Under the pieces are notes generated by a model that saw only the letters and a list, made by a program, of their open reading frames with translations, was not told the origin of the DNA and did not search any database. The translations under genes were made by a program, and so were the position numbers. From Tubiluchus corallicola (taxonomy: Eukaryota > Animalia > Priapulida): 64,000 nucleotides of DNA. The stretch covers positions 33,749 through 97,748 of the forward strand of contig JAQGDQ010000775.1 in assembly GCA_030141605.1 (NCBI GenBank), written 5' to 3'. Of the stretch, positions 13,301 to 25,399 are shown in pieces; positions within the stretch are counted from its first letter, which is position 1; every line of letters begins with the position of its first letter.

Positions 13301-15853
13301 TTCACAATCGAATCCTGACCCTTGTCATCAAAAGGATACGTTTCTGCCAGAAAAGGCTTCTGTGTAATTTCTGCTGTTTTTCTGATTGAGCTAGAATGAA
13401 TGTGCATCTAAAAGTTGCAATGAGGCTTGTTATGATTTAGTGTTTTTCAGGCGATTCTTGTGACAATGATTTTAGGTTGCCAAGTGCTTTTGATCTGAGC
13501 TATTAGAGTGTCGTGGTGTAATATACAATGTCATTAGTACGCACTAAATCTACCAAAAAGGAAAACCTGTGTGAGCAGTTCCCGTCGCAATTCCGGTAGT
13601 TAATTCCAGCAGGTATCTCATCCATGTATTACCAGAACCTGGACAACTTGCTAAAGCTACACCAGGATTAGTATAATTCTCGTCACTCACAACCATATTG
13701 CAGAGGTCGTCTGTAAGAAAATGAGTAAAATATTAAAAACATTAAGAAAAACATAAAAAACATAGGGAATCATTTTTGGCAAGGAAGCAAAATATTTTCG
13801 TTGACAATTTTGCCACAGTTGCTAGTTATAGTATTAGACCTGAATAGCCCTCATCCCATCTTGAAAGAAGCCTAGAAACGGGGATCGCAGGTCAAAGCGT
13901 ACAAAAATATTTTACTAAAGGCACGTTGAGGAATGTTCAGCCTAACAGAAGATTAAAATTGAAAGTGTCAAGTGGAATCGAGACATAATCACAATCTATC
14001 TTTCTTAGGTTCCTTATGGAATTCCAGTAATATGAACGTACTTTACACAGAATTGTTTTAGCTCTTCACTGTAGAAAAATTTTTACATTTAGTACATATC
14101 CCCTTTCATTCTCAATTAGTAAGCTTAAGTTTTGTAACTCCAATAAATTTAATTGCACTAATAAATATTACGTGTTTTGTTTTTCATCCTAATGGCATGA
14201 ACTTGCCGCCTGCAACTATTATATCAAAAATAATCTCCCAACTGTTTTTTACCGTCAGTTTCCATCAGACGTCGTGGTGTAAGACGGTATGTTACAGCAC
14301 ACTTTGATGTACCAGACTTCATAAGCTGTTTTACTTCATCTCGTCGTGGCTTAATGATATTTGAGCAAAAACAGCTTTGCGATGATGCTTCCCAAGTAGC
14401 GAATTTCACGGAGGTATTTCTAGAAATATACAACAATCAGAAAAATAAGTGAAACGTTACTGTAAATGTTGTCACTGCTAATTTTGATTCATTTTAAAAC
14501 TTGTTAATTTAGAAAGCTAGACTTGTGCATAAATTTTCCCCCAAGTTCAAATACCTAATCTAACTTCGAATCCCAAAATAAACGTGAAATTGCTAGTAAC
14601 GCATCTTTTTCCTTGGTTGTATTGATCAGCTTAATAGAAATTAAAAATAGTTGATTAAAATATGCGCATAATTATTATCGACATTTCATATTATTATCAT
14701 ATTTGCAATGATTACATGGAATGAGCCATATTGTTAGATTACATAAATAAAAAGATACTTTGGTCAACTACACTATAATTATAAAAACTAAGCTACGTTT
14801 CAGTACGAAAGACTAGAACATATTGTGGTAGAAATATTTGGTGGAAACTACAACATGATCTGAGTGTCTACACTTTACCGTTACAAAATAAATGACCATA
14901 CCTTGTTAGCTGGAGCCAACACAGCGCTTGAAGGACTACTATGCTAACTCAAACTAATACAGATATAAAATAACTTTAAATGGACTTTACAGGAAGCCTA
15001 TTACAAGCGGAATAAATAGCTTATTAAACTGACAAGTATGCGGAATGCCAAGCAATAGTAATTTGCAAAGTTATTCAGAAAATGGTTGTATTCATAAACT
15101 TGCTTGTTGGGGCAGATTCAAGCAAAGAGTATAAATACGTATAAACACATACTGTCATATTTTCGACAAGCTGTATATACTATGAGTTAATTAGTGTGTT
15201 TATCAATGACTGGCGAGCCCTTACTAATGCAGACGTTTTTATACTGATGCACACTTTTTCATGAAGTTTCGAACGATGGCTACAATAAAGTAATATAGTA
15301 TTTAAAATTATGGCTTAAAATTAGTCTCTGGCTATTCAAAAAAAAACACCTCTCGAGTCAAACTTCTGCAGCAGATTTTAGAACCATATTGAAAATTTTA
15401 GAACTGTTTAAAATCCGAATTTTACAAGCGTATAAAGACTACTGGACTATCATATTTTAATACAAACTTGTCAAATGTATTAACATAACAAAAATCATGG
15501 ATGCTAAAGTTTTATTTTTGTTAGAGAAATCCATTATGTGTTTCATTTTTAGCATTAATTAGGCAATATGGCACATCTAAAAGTGGCAGGAGGAAATGGC
15601 CCTAACAAAAAACAGAAGAAATCGTAAATAAGCATCTACTCCTTCCAGACACAGCAGTAAACCCAACAACACATAAACAAACAAGCACTTGTTAAACAAA
15701 CAAGCACTAATACAAATAAGGCAGCAATTCTTCACTAACCCAGAAGTTCAATTCTTGAATGCCCTGCCGCCAAGTTAAAACAGCCATGTTTTTCTGCGAG
15801 TTTAGATTAAAATGAAAAGTTAATACCTTAAATCATTTTCAAAATAAACATAA

Positions 15854-15885
<32 letters not shown>

Positions 15886-18800
15886 GTGTGTGTGTGCTTA
15901 TTTGTACCTACATTTATCTTATATATTATACTATATTATATTTATTTTTTTATTTTTATATATATCAAAAGCATAAAATCACACAAGGACAGCACAGTAT
16001 TAAAAAAAAACTCACACAACTGCACAGAATTTGAAAACAAAAACATATATTACAATATTATAAGCAAATTGTAAACAAACTGTATACAATATAAACAAAC
16101 AGTTTAGAATAGATGTGAATTTTGTACTGATAAATAGATAAAATTTTTATAAGAATAGTTTTCATCATTATCATATGTAGGGATTTTGGAAATGATTTAA
16201 GGTATTCATTTTTCATTTTAATCTAAACTCCCAGAAAGAGATGGCTGTTTTAACTTGGTGGCATATATATATATATATGTATAATTTCTTTTAATTGGTT
16301 AAATGGTTGAACCACTAACATGTCAACCTAAACATAGAAGTGCAAATTGAAAGAACATTTTAAAAACGCAAAAGCGCTAACTTTTGTGTGTACATAATTT
16401 CTTAATTCTGTTGGTACAAGTTGGTGGAGTGTTCTATTTTAACACATATTTCAATGTATAATTTCATAGGGACTGTTATACAATTCAGTTTAAGAAGCTG
16501 CAAATATATGTATAACGTTGTACATCGTAAACCGTATTAGCATACCTTTGCATGTTTATATTATCATTTGATTTCAATAATTATGCGAAACATGTTTAAT
16601 TTTAAAATTACGTGCGATCTCTAGAATGATTTTACACTTACTTTACTAATTGATTTGAATTCTTATTAAAACATCACATGTTTCTGTTTTAAAAACACCA
16701 GATTAAGTAACAAAACAAATTTATATTATAACAAAAGATTAACTTCCTGGAGACTGATGTAGCAACATTTTTTGCGTGCAATAACATGATGATTATAAAC
16801 CCTTCGTTTGATGAAAATTTTGGTGCTAGGGTAAGAAATGTTTGGGCAGCGATATGCAGGCTAATAATTCAACTTACACACTTTGGCAGGAAGCTATGCA
16901 CTCCTTGTGTGTGATTGTCTTGCTAGTGGGCTGCACACCTCTCATTCTTAAGCAAATGTGGTTTAAAAGTGAGGCTGAAACGAAATAACTATTATTATTT
17001 CTCATGATACAGTTTAAAACTTCCGCAACGTTTGGACGCATTTGTGGTCATGTTCACGCAACAATCTACCTAAATAATAATTACGTGTGAAAATTACCTA
17101 CAGAATTCAACTTTGTGAGAAGCAAAAAAAGCCGAATACAAAATTGGAAACTTAGAGATCGTGAGATCAAAGCCAAATTACAGAAAAAATTAGTTTATGT
17201 TATTCTAGCACAATTCTTTCTCTAGCACAGTGGGTGATCATAAGGTGGTAATGAGGCAGCAAGAGAAGCATTTGCACAAAAAGTCATTAAAAACAATGTA
17301 AACTAGTTAACAATGTTTCTGATTTTGCAAACAATAGTTACAGAATTGGACCTTGTAAAGATGCTAGCATTTTGTTTGAAAATTATAGTTTACATTTCAT
17401 TGAACTCGCATTGTTGCTTGATTACATAAGAATTACGCTTGGCAACAAAATACACAACACATGGGCCACAGGTCAACCAATCTTGGCCATTAAATTTGGC
17501 TCATTGAGACCATTTAATATAGTACAAGCTACTTTTAGTCGACCATGGAAGGCATTTGTCTCCTCGGCCACTGTTTTGCCCTTAATGGTGTCACAGCTTA
17601 ACGATTCACATTGTAGCTTATACTATTCCATTTGCCTCGTCAAGCCCTATCATTTGCTATAAAGTACTGTTACTCAAAATTCGCTGCACTTCTGTTCCCA
17701 ACCCCCATTTTTGGTCACCATTTTGTTGAACCCAAATTTTGCATTTCGGTCTCTCCCACGGCGATTAAAACCTTGTCAGCTTTTTAGAACCCCAGCACCC
17801 CTACCCCACAATGCCCAAATATTTGCGAAAAAAACTACAAAAAGCTCTTAGAGCACATGTTTTTTAAAGGAAAAACTGACCGATGTCCCCTGCCCTTCTC
17901 TGTGAGTTTCGTGGCCATAGCTTGCAAGGCTTAGAATTATTAAGTGTTAAAGTTGTGGAGAATAAATAATAGCTAGTTGACAATCTTTCTGACGTGGTCA
18001 GAAACTGAAAATTTTGCAAGCAATAGTTGTAAAACTCAGCCTTCAAGATGAAGAGATGACAGTTTTTCTTGAAATTTTCTTTTATTGAATTCACCTTGCT
18101 TGAATACATTTAGTGCATTTCACTATGAAACCCCCAGAACTGTTCAGCCCATCACCCACGGGTCAAACGTCAACCTGTCTTGGCATAACTTATATCATTG
18201 AGACCTTCCAGAAATGAACTCTCTAAACACCCGGGAGTGACACTCACGACACCTGCAGTAGTTCGAACCGTCACCGCCACAGCTAAAATTCCTTGCAAAT
18301 GGGATCTGCCTACACTGCACTGGCTACACAGAAAGTTACCACGTTCTTTTAATGCAGTGTTGTACGAAGTAGAGCTTTTTCCCAAATTAACTTGTAAATG
18401 TGGTCAAAAGACGTGGTCAGTTATTCACACTGGAAGCCTAATAATGATGATGGGAACGGACTTGGAAAATTTCCTGCTGTTTGACCAAAATTTCGAAAAA
18501 ATCGCGAGTTTGGTTCGGGAAAACGGCTGTGATGGGACGCCGTGACCCTCCCCGCGAATTCCAGATATGCCTACTACACCCGCCGTTGAACTGGGTATCT
18601 AACGATTATCAGCACCGCTCCCGGCCCGTTCCCGTTCCCGTTCTCCAGAAAAAAGAGGTGTAAGTTTTGCAAACATGGTCAAAATAGCAATTTTTGGGGG
18701 TTTTTCGCCCCTGGTTGGTCCGATTCGAAAAGTAAACCCTCAATGGCATGACACTAGATCGAAACCTTTCGTATGACATAAAGATCGCCTCGAATATATA

Positions 18801-19195
18801 TATATATATATACCAGCGAAATATATACGATGATTTTATAACAACATTATAATGTTATAATTTGCTAGAAACTAACTAGCTATGCACACAGTAAAAGCGT
18901 TAAACTACAAAAATTATTGAAGTGATGTTTAAAGAATAAAATTAAATAAATAAAATAAAATAACTAATTAAGTATGTAATATTATAATTATCATAGTGTG
19001 AATCTTACCACCATGAATCACGTCCAAAAATGGATTAGAAACATCGACGTATCTTGCATCTTTCGACTCATTTTTTATCAAACGTGACAGATGAGCATTA
19101 TCTAGTTTTGCAAATACAAACACGAAACATACCATACCAAATAAAAAGCTCCACCTTGTAAACTCTTTTCTTTTATCGTGGAAATTTAAATTCAT
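947..19195 (-). CDS. WSCD-like Golgi sulfotransferase, 6 coding exons: 19009-19195, 16878-16974, 14253-14419, 13567-13710, 1698-1937, 947-1314 (400 aa)
   Basis: All introns are GT..AG with compatible phases (1,2,1,1,1); the joined CDS is 1203 nt with no internal stop. Order: signal anchor, Cys-rich WSC-like domain, [53 protein letters not shown]-terminal PLPDSYLLR, matching WSCD1/2 motifs and spacing. Confidence 0.85.
1698..1937 (-). CDS. WSCD-like sulfotransferase exon 5 (3'-phosphate-binding motif)
   Basis: [31 protein letters not shown]; aag acceptor, gtaagt donor; 240 nt, phase 1/1. Confidence 0.9.
2420..2870 (+). mobile_element. piggyBac transposase relic
   Basis: [48 protein letters not shown], typical piggyBac DDD core with in-frame stops; no termini found. 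Confidence 0.85.
4937..5120 (+). repeat. Interspersed repeat C, left half (interrupted by the Polinton-like element; continues at 9130-9281)
   Basis: 4937-5120 joined to 9130-9281 is colinear with the uninterrupted copy at 36875-37217. Confidence 0.85.
5121..5183 (+). repeat. Left TIR of Polinton-like element
   Basis: AGTAGAGGAGACTGTCTCTTTTCCAGTGATTGAATTGCCCTGTAATTGCCCAATTAATACCTA matches the reverse complement of 9067-9129 at 58/63 positions. Confidence 0.95.
5740..6372 (-). pseudogene. Putative spliced tandem PC4-like ssDNA-binding protein of the Polinton (exon 6286-6372, intron 6164-6285, exon from 6163; frameshift near 6075)
   Basis: CAG|gtgagt donor and tcatag acceptor give [53 protein letters not shown], resembling a PC4 domain; second PC4-like segment [23 protein letters not shown]. 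Confidence 0.5.
6751..7386 (+). CDS. Polinton A32/FtsK-HerA-type genome packaging ATPase (Walker motifs degenerate)
   Basis: [15 protein letters not shown] (Walker A, G>E), LVVVNDMM (Walker B, D>N), [38 protein letters not shown]. Confidence 0.9.
   Translation: MDRIYDARLKFGSTMLVAGPSRAEKTTFVKNLVLHRNVLFDTKPDRVLWILQTPPPLASSREELQEVEYSEDINVGIRAGDLVVVNDMMMELATSKRLTDMFTKLAHHKPCFVVFITQNHFQQSNESRTRSLNTHYLVFFKNPRDKMQVEVLGSQMYLGKSKSFREAFERTTAAPFSYMLFDLCQETDDAICMRNNIFPHEVPQLVFLPQK
7397..7900 (+). CDS. Basic Polinton/adintovirus core-like protein with adenain-type cleavage motif; C-terminal extension probably frameshifted
   Basis: Lys/Arg-rich; [33 protein letters not shown] resembles the conserved Polinton basic protein with a QxGGF-type motif; directly downstream of the ATPase. 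Confidence 0.7.
   Translation: MVHAARVIELLAAVKMPQARIRRHKPFFKKLARAKLRDRTDMLKWADADVINFLAECALNILRGNVKLKTKQIKVLRGHCNALRKLARAGSTLKDRRRALVQKGGIFPIILGATPSAASVAITVKTFCDKKRNRKCILRWFYYNRCNRLNYARFVLDTPAEQKTVEI
7801..8463 (+). pseudogene. Conserved Polinton hypothetical protein, disrupted
   Basis: Fragments [76 protein letters not shown] recall a conserved Polinton ORF near the protease; stops and frameshifts present. Confidence 0.55.
8388..8858 (+). CDS. Adenain-like (adenovirus-type) cysteine maturation protease
   Basis: [41 protein letters not shown]; His, Asp, Gln and Cys catalytic residues present; true start unclear. Confidence 0.92.
   Translation: MWSSTAATQFQGVYSSSELLQSVTVKELPASYIVNTQPINLPGEHWVALYLDTSGRGELFDSYGLAPTYRIRTFLNINHRGKWTFITKALQSPILPTCGAYVLWFCCRRPYYDSLQQLLCNFQPFFLDREVVLMKHLFSVGDRGDDDDDRYKPHQR
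8818..8890. repeat. Imperfect (GAT)n microsatellite
   Basis: Runs of gatgatgat. Confidence 0.75.
9067..9129 (-). repeat. Right TIR of Polinton-like element
   Basis: Reverse complement of 5121-5183. Confidence 0.95.
9130..9281 (+). repeat. Interspersed repeat C, right half
   Basis: Colinear with 37062-37217 (cgggcactagc..gacagctcatgcatgagcacagcggtaaatt..gaattttt). Confidence 0.85.
10040..13450 (-). mobile_element. Heavily decayed LINE (RTE-X/CR1-like): ORF1 region, endonuclease and start of RT
   Basis: Residual motifs [17 protein letters not shown] (~11690-11780) and VWFDSE (~11270-11290); boundaries approximate. Confidence 0.65.
13567..13710 (-). CDS. WSCD-like sulfotransferase exon 4 (PAPS-binding 5'-PSB loop)
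   Basis: [32 protein letters not shown]; ttacag acceptor, AG|gtttt donor; phase 1/1. Confidence 0.9.
14253..14419 (-). CDS. WSCD-like exon 3 (second half of a divergent WSC-like domain)
   Basis: [24 protein letters not shown]; ttctag acceptor, gtaaaa donor; phase 2/1 fits both neighbours. Confidence 0.75.
16878..16974 (-). CDS. WSCD-like exon 2 (first half of WSC-like domain)
   Basis: [18 protein letters not shown]; tttcag acceptor, gtaagt donor; phase 1/2. Confidence 0.75.
18472..18830 (-). mobile_element. Helitron family A, 5' part
   Basis: Homologous to 32870-33246; begins A|TCGTATATAT..CTGGTATATAT on the - strand at 18830. Confidence 0.7.
19009..19195 (-). CDS. WSCD-like exon 1: cytoplasmic tail, signal anchor and stem
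   Basis: [31 protein letters not shown].. type II membrane topology; G|gtaaga phase-1 donor. Confidence 0.75.
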
Positions 19196-19599
19196 ATCGC
19201 TAAAACGTTATATTGATATACATCTGACTGAAACTCACATTCCTAACCCTGCAACTTTTGGAACTTTCGCGGCGGTAAGTTTTCTTGACCAAATGTAGCA
19301 CGGTTGAGCACCTGTACTGAGGAAAAAATATTGCAGGTGCATGCGTATTAAAATGTTGGAAATAAATGGTAAATAACTTCGTAACAGACCCACAGATTTG
19401 CCTTTGGGGGTTGGTTTAAACATAATTTATTGAAGTTGTAACATCTAGGTTTGAAACAGGCAGTTTTACAACTGATATATGTTCTCCCCTAGTTTGAGCG
19501 AACGCTAGACAGTTGCAGAACAATGGAGACCACAATGTACAAAAAATGTTACAATAAATACAAGCATTAATATTCAACAAGAATAACAAACTTAATACT

Positions 19600-22500
19600 A
19601 TTTAAAGCGCTTGGTGTTTGAGATAAAAGACTGCAGTAAAACAAAAATTTGAGTGTTCACAGAATTATCTAGGGTATGGTTCCCGTGCAGGAACAAACGT
19701 GCAAGTTTATTTGTTGCAAGACTGTAAACATTGATGTTAAAAGCTGAGAAAAGAGTGAAGAGATTTGTAAATGAGTCGTGTCTCGCCTAGTGGTAAAGAG
19801 GGCAGCTAGTTAAGCAATGATCGACTGTTTCATAAGTGGAACCACATTGACAATTGGGTGATACTAGCGACCCATCGTAATTTTTACATTTTCTGAAGTA
19901 CAAATCATAATTTAGTTGACAAAAACCAACTCTCATTCTAGCATGGTGTACAGATGAATTTCGAGTACCCCTAGAAAAGTAAGTAGGCTGCTTATTAAAA
20001 CACATGTGATTCTTTAGTCGAGATTTAAAGATTTTTAAAGAGTTAGAGTTACGGATATCAAGAGGTAAATTATTCCAGCACTTAACTGAGGAAGAAAAAA
20101 AAGAGTCATAAAAGCAGTTGAGTGGCATGTGTAACTAGAAAAGTATTCATTATTGCGGATTGGATACAATGTAATATCCCTTACACGGGGAGGCAAAATA
20201 TTAAAAAGGTAGTGGGGAGCTAAGTGATTCACGATTTTAAAAAGACATTTTATAAACGGAAATATTGAAAGCGCTTAGAAAACTGGTGCAGTCCTGCTTC
20301 AAACAAAAGATTTGAATTATTGGAACCTGACATAGCACCGGTACAGCACAGCACTCAACTGAATATTATCAAGCAGGGACTTAACATTACGACCTAATCT
20401 AGACCATTTAATACTGCCGTATTCCAAAGTAGGTAAAAAATAGTTTGAACGTTGCAGTATAGTGCAGACCTCCTAGTTTTGGCAGAACTGATACGATGAT
20501 CTCGTTTACATGTTGTTGCCATTTTAGATCACACGTAACCAGGTGTTTATGAAAATCAACATGTTTTAAAGCTACATTATTGAGATAAAGTGGCATATGA
20601 TGACGTTGCTGGATTTTACGAGAGAAGAGCATTACTTCGGTTTTCTGTGAATCAAAGGTAACACACCATCTATCAGCTCAGTGTAGCAAGGTCTCTGGGT
20701 CGGAATTTAGACGCAATGTGGAATGTACTGGGTCAGTGACTGTATCCATTATAAATGTATTGTCGGCAAAAAGACGTATGTCACACTGTATGTTATGAGT
20801 AATGTCATATACATAGACAAGAAACAAAATAGGACCCAAAATAGAGCCCTGTGGCACCCCAGCAGCCAGGGACAAAGAATCTGATGGGGCACGATCCATA
20901 ACTACTCGTTGAATGTAGAAGGGACCACTGATGCCTAGCTGGGATAATTTGAATATGAGACCTTTGTGGCAGACCCTGTCAAAAGCTTTACTTACATGGA
21001 GAAAAACTGCCCGTACCTTATATCTAGCGTCTAGATCAGAGTATATTTTGTGGACAATGGATACCAATTGATTGATCACACAATCCCCTGGCTTGAAGCC
21101 AGAATTACACTCATTCAACAGATTATTGTCAATAACAAGATAATTATAAAGTTCTTTATACACAATCCGCTCAAAGATTTTAGAAACACAGGAAAGTAGA
21201 GAAATTGGCCTATAATTAATAACCAGTTCTCTATCACCATTTTTAAATACAGGAGTAACATTAGCTGTTTTCATACTGACAGAAACATTCCATTGTTAAC
21301 AGACATTTTATATAATAATGTTAAAGGCACAGAAAGCGGCTGAGAACATTGTTTTAAAACAATATTACTTATGCGATCGGGCCCTGTTGATTTGCCGACT
21401 TTTAGACATTTCAAGAAGTTACTAACTATATGCTCAGACAGGTCAACAGTTGACAAAACACTATCAGTGACCAAAGAGAAAGAAGGAAGTACAGCATTAT
21501 CGCAATTTACACTAAAGTTATCAGCAAAAAATTTGTTAAATATACTACATTTGAGCTTGGTATCAGCTATACAGTTAACAACTTTAAGTGGTGGAATAAC
21601 AAAGTCATGTTTGCTTTTGTGAAATAATTTGACACTTTTCAACCGGACTTTGAGGCAGGTTTGTGGATCGAGTAATTTAGTATTTAGTTTCTTCATAAAA
21701 TAAGATTAAACTTTTTTTAAAAAAAAATATTATAGGTATTCTTACATCGCTTGTATTTCTCCCAAGATTCAGCAGTTTGATGCAGTTTGTAGTATTATGT
21801 GATTTTTCAATAGTTTTTCATAATTTTCTGACGTAGCTGTTCATCCACAACTTGTTCCAAGGCCGAATGGTTACAGTTCTATGTGACACATAGTCATCTA
21901 TCAAATTTGACAAATTAGTAATAACATTAACACAAACAGAATCAACAGTTTCGTTTGCAAGAAGTAAATTCCAATCAGTAGCATGAATAGCTTAACACTA
22001 GTCTGCTCTATTATAATAAAAAAGTTTTCTTTGGTAGGAAGCTACAGCTGGAAGATTTATAAGCATTTTACCGTAAATAGAGTTATGATCAGCTGTATAT
22101 ATAAGTGACATGATCAGTTATGATCAGCTGTATATATAGGTGACATGACTCATTCTCTATTATTAAACCGGTAGCATCAGTTAAAATAATGTCAATCAAA
22201 GAGCTAGACACATCTGAAATACGGGCAGGATGTGTTATTAACTGTGAAAGTTGATTCTGAACAGTAAATGCAATTTGCCCCATCAGGAGGGTACCATACT
22301 GCACACTTGGCGTTAAAATCACCTGTATATATAATTGCATAGCGAACATTTCATAAGCTGCTAATTGCATATCGTGAGACAATTGTAACTGTTTTATAAA
22401 CTCATCCTCGGTAGGAGCATCTTGAGTAGGAGGTCGGTAACAGACACACATATATAAAATTAAGTTGGTAAGATTAATTTCAAACTACATGAATTCAAAA

Positions 22501-22785
22501 TTAGTATTAAAAACTAAATCTGTTCTTGGTGTGAAAGGTATATCAACCGAGGCGTAAAAAGCTATCCCCCCTCCTAAGCCATTACGATGTTTACAGAAAG
22601 GGACTTGGTAACCAGGGATCAATATGTCCGAGATATTAACTGAAGGGCATAGCCATGTTTCAGTAAGTGCTAAAATATCAAACTGGTTTTCATTTGAAAT
22701 TAACTTCAATTCATCCAGTTTGAAGGATTCATTGTTACCTAACAAACTTCTGACATTACCATGGAAAAGAAGAAAATTGGGGGTT
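19600..22785 (-). mobile_element. CR1/L2-like LINE ORF2 relic (endonuclease, RT, C-terminal zinc finger)
   Basis: GNVRSL, DILALTETWL, CYRPP, NYRPISLLS, VSKAFD, GVPQGSILGP, LFADN, CQCG..ETVDH..C; many frameshifts. Confidence 0.9.
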
Positions 22786-22791
22786 ATTTTT

Positions 22792-22888
22792 TAACCCTAA
22801 CCCTAACCCTAGCCCTAGCCCTAACCCTAACCCTAACCCCAACCCCAACCCAAACCCCAACGCTAACCGAAACCCTAATCCTAACCCT
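22792..22888. repeat. Interstitial telomere-like (CCCTAA)n tract, degenerate
   Basis: About 16 hexamers of taaccc/tagccc/caaccc variants. Confidence 0.9.
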
Positions 22889-23599
22889 GTCGCAGATGCG
22901 AGCATTTAATTTACAGTTTATTATTAATTTTGATTAGTAGTTTTAAACTTTAGTTTTTCATTACCACTAAGTCAGTGCTGACATCTGTTTGCACACTTGG
23001 AAGTTTCAAATAAATGTATGTACTTGCTACTGCTACATGTTTGTACAGAACTGGGTCACTTCGCTTCTCTGTGAATGATGTAGCTTTTCACAAATGGTAG
23101 CAAGATTAGAGGACAAGCAATAGGCTTAAACGGTGGTTTGGTTATAATGACCCAGGTGTCTTGATATATTGGCTGATGGATTTACTTTAACCTTTGTTTA
23201 CTGCTGTTGATTATGTTTACCATTTTTGTGTATATGTGGACTGACTATGAGACTATGATTTTGAGTAAATTACAGATAGCAAAGTTAAACCATGTTTTCA
23301 TCCAGTGATTTCATCTGTTTAACACAAACATTGCAACGACAAAAACAGTCTGATAAACCTGCCAATGTCGTTCGTTAGTTCTCCCCAAAACACCCCAGCG
23401 ACAACTTTAGCGTCACGACAGACACAGCCTTGTGAGATGGGGGTCTGTGCCAACGTCCTGTCTCAACCAGTCTGTGAGAAACAGAAAAAAACGGCTAAAA
23501 TTAATTCCATGGACACCAGGAATAGATTTATAAATTTCATGGTGTTCTGCGGAGGGAAATAACATTAAGAAAGTGTCGAATCTAGTCTTGGTCTGACTT

Positions 23600-24620
23600 T
23601 CTCATGTAATGCATTCTAGGGCACTTCTTGTACAATGATCAAAACAACGATTGAATACTCGAAAATTCGAAGCTATAGCAATTGGTTCATCGGGGCTCCA
23701 CGAATGAAGCTTTTTGTTCATGTAGTCAGCTCTTCTCTTAAAAATTCGGTCTTTTAACCTTGGCAAGTCAGTCTCAGCATAACATAATTCATTAAGTGTT
23801 CGCACCCCCCCCCTTAAATAAAGCTTTCACAACCTTATTGTACCAAACTTCTGAACGTTTAAATTCACTCGTTAACCATGCTTCAACTCCATATAACAAG
23901 GCACTTGTTACGCAAGCCTTTGCAACTTTCTTTTTTAACAAAAAATGGCATGTTATAATTACAATCGATATTTTACCATTTGAAATTGTTTGAATTTGTT
24001 TCTAGCGTGGATTTTCGTAATGGAAGACGTTTTACCGTCGTCTGTGATAGGAGACCCTAATTACCAGTAAGACTATGTATAATTAACCTGCAAATTGTCA
24101 CACCCAAAACTAGTTCTATCTTCATGCGCACCGTTTATAAATTCTGTTTTTGTTTGGTTAACTGACATACCGAATTCGTCGCAAAATTCTAACAGTAACT
24201 TAAATTACTATAGGATCAATACAGGATTCCCGAGACGTAGCAAGAATTGCTGTATCGTCCATGAACAGTAATGTGTGCAAAGTGTAAATAATGCCCTAGG
24301 GCCGAAAGAACTCATTCTTCTTACCAAAAAGTCTACGTAAAAACGAACAGAGAACAACTCATTGGGGCTCCTTGTTTGACTCCTGCAGAACCACCTGTTA
24401 ACGCAGATTTGAACACTAATTTTGTACAACTATACATTGCACGGATCATAAGCAAGTACTTCTACCCACAACCTGCATTTTTTAATTGTTCTACTAACAT
24501 TAACCTGGGCACTTTGTCATATGCTTGTTGGAAATCTACATACAGAAACCACATTTTGACTTTGCTCTATTTTGCATACTCGTTTAAAAGTCTAAGGTCT
24601 AATATATGATCAATTTTCTA
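23600..24620 (-). mobile_element. LINE reverse transcriptase fragment
   Basis: LYVDFQQAYDKVPR, GVKQGAPMSCSLF, LFMDDTAILA across frameshifts. Confidence 0.8.
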
Positions 24621-25020
24621 TGATTCTTCCACACGCAGGTCTGTTGACTGCAAAACTTCCTCTAGATTCACACGTTGCTTTAACCCTTATCATTGTGCTT
24701 CTGAGTGTAGATCAGCTCGTAGTTGTCTGTATTGCAGGAAACAAGGACATCATCGTTCTTCGTGTTTATTTCGCTTTCCATCTGGTAAACATTGATGCTC
24801 TTGATACTGATACTTGCTACTTGCTACTAAGAAGATGATTTTTTGTCAAAATAGGCGGGAGAGCAAAACAAATACTGAATTGAGTTTAATTCGATAAGTT
24901 AACTAAATTACAAAACTTTTAAAGCAAGACAGAATACAATAATAGTAAATACAGTATTTCGCAAAATAACCAGGAACATGTTAATCATCAGTGGATGATA
25001 AACGGAAACCATTTATTTTA

Positions 25021-25342
25021 CCACGGTCCATTATAATGTAGAATCCAGTGCAATAAGAATAATCACAAAGGGGAGGGCAGTGACGAGACGCAACGAGAGT
25101 TTATAATTCTTCACCATTCGTCATCAATTGAGAGTTCTTCTTTAGTGATAGCCTCGTTTAATCAATTTGCAGTAGCTGCAGCTCTTCGAAAACCATCTCA
25201 CACACCATGGTCCATTATAGCGGAGCGGGATGGCAAAGACAAGACGTAACAATAGTTCATAATTTATCACCATTCTCGTTTCAAGGGAGAGCTCTTCTTC
25301 AGTGATAGCCTTGTCCAATCCATGTGCGGTAGCTCCAGCTCG
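25021..25342. repeat. Diverged tandem duplication (~180 + ~140 bp)
   Basis: cca(c/t)ggtccattata..tcaccatt..gagag(t/c)tcttctt(t/c)agtgatagcct..gtagct(g/c)cagctc occurs twice. Confidence 0.7.
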
Positions 25343-25399
25343 TTGTTGTGGCTATTCTGAAAGAAAAGATTTGTTAGGAGTGAGTTCTTAAGAAGCACT

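Noticed and set aside
17864-18109. Extra WSCD-like exon candidates (also ~14902-14943)
   Set aside because: Splice phases or upstream stops do not fit, and the six-exon model is complete without them.
18130-18460. Possible LINE RT C-terminal fragment (HPGVTL..TAKI)
   Set aside because: Only one weak motif; cannot be assigned with confidence.
22792-22888. True telomere
   Set aside because: Short, degenerate and internal, with sequence on both sides.
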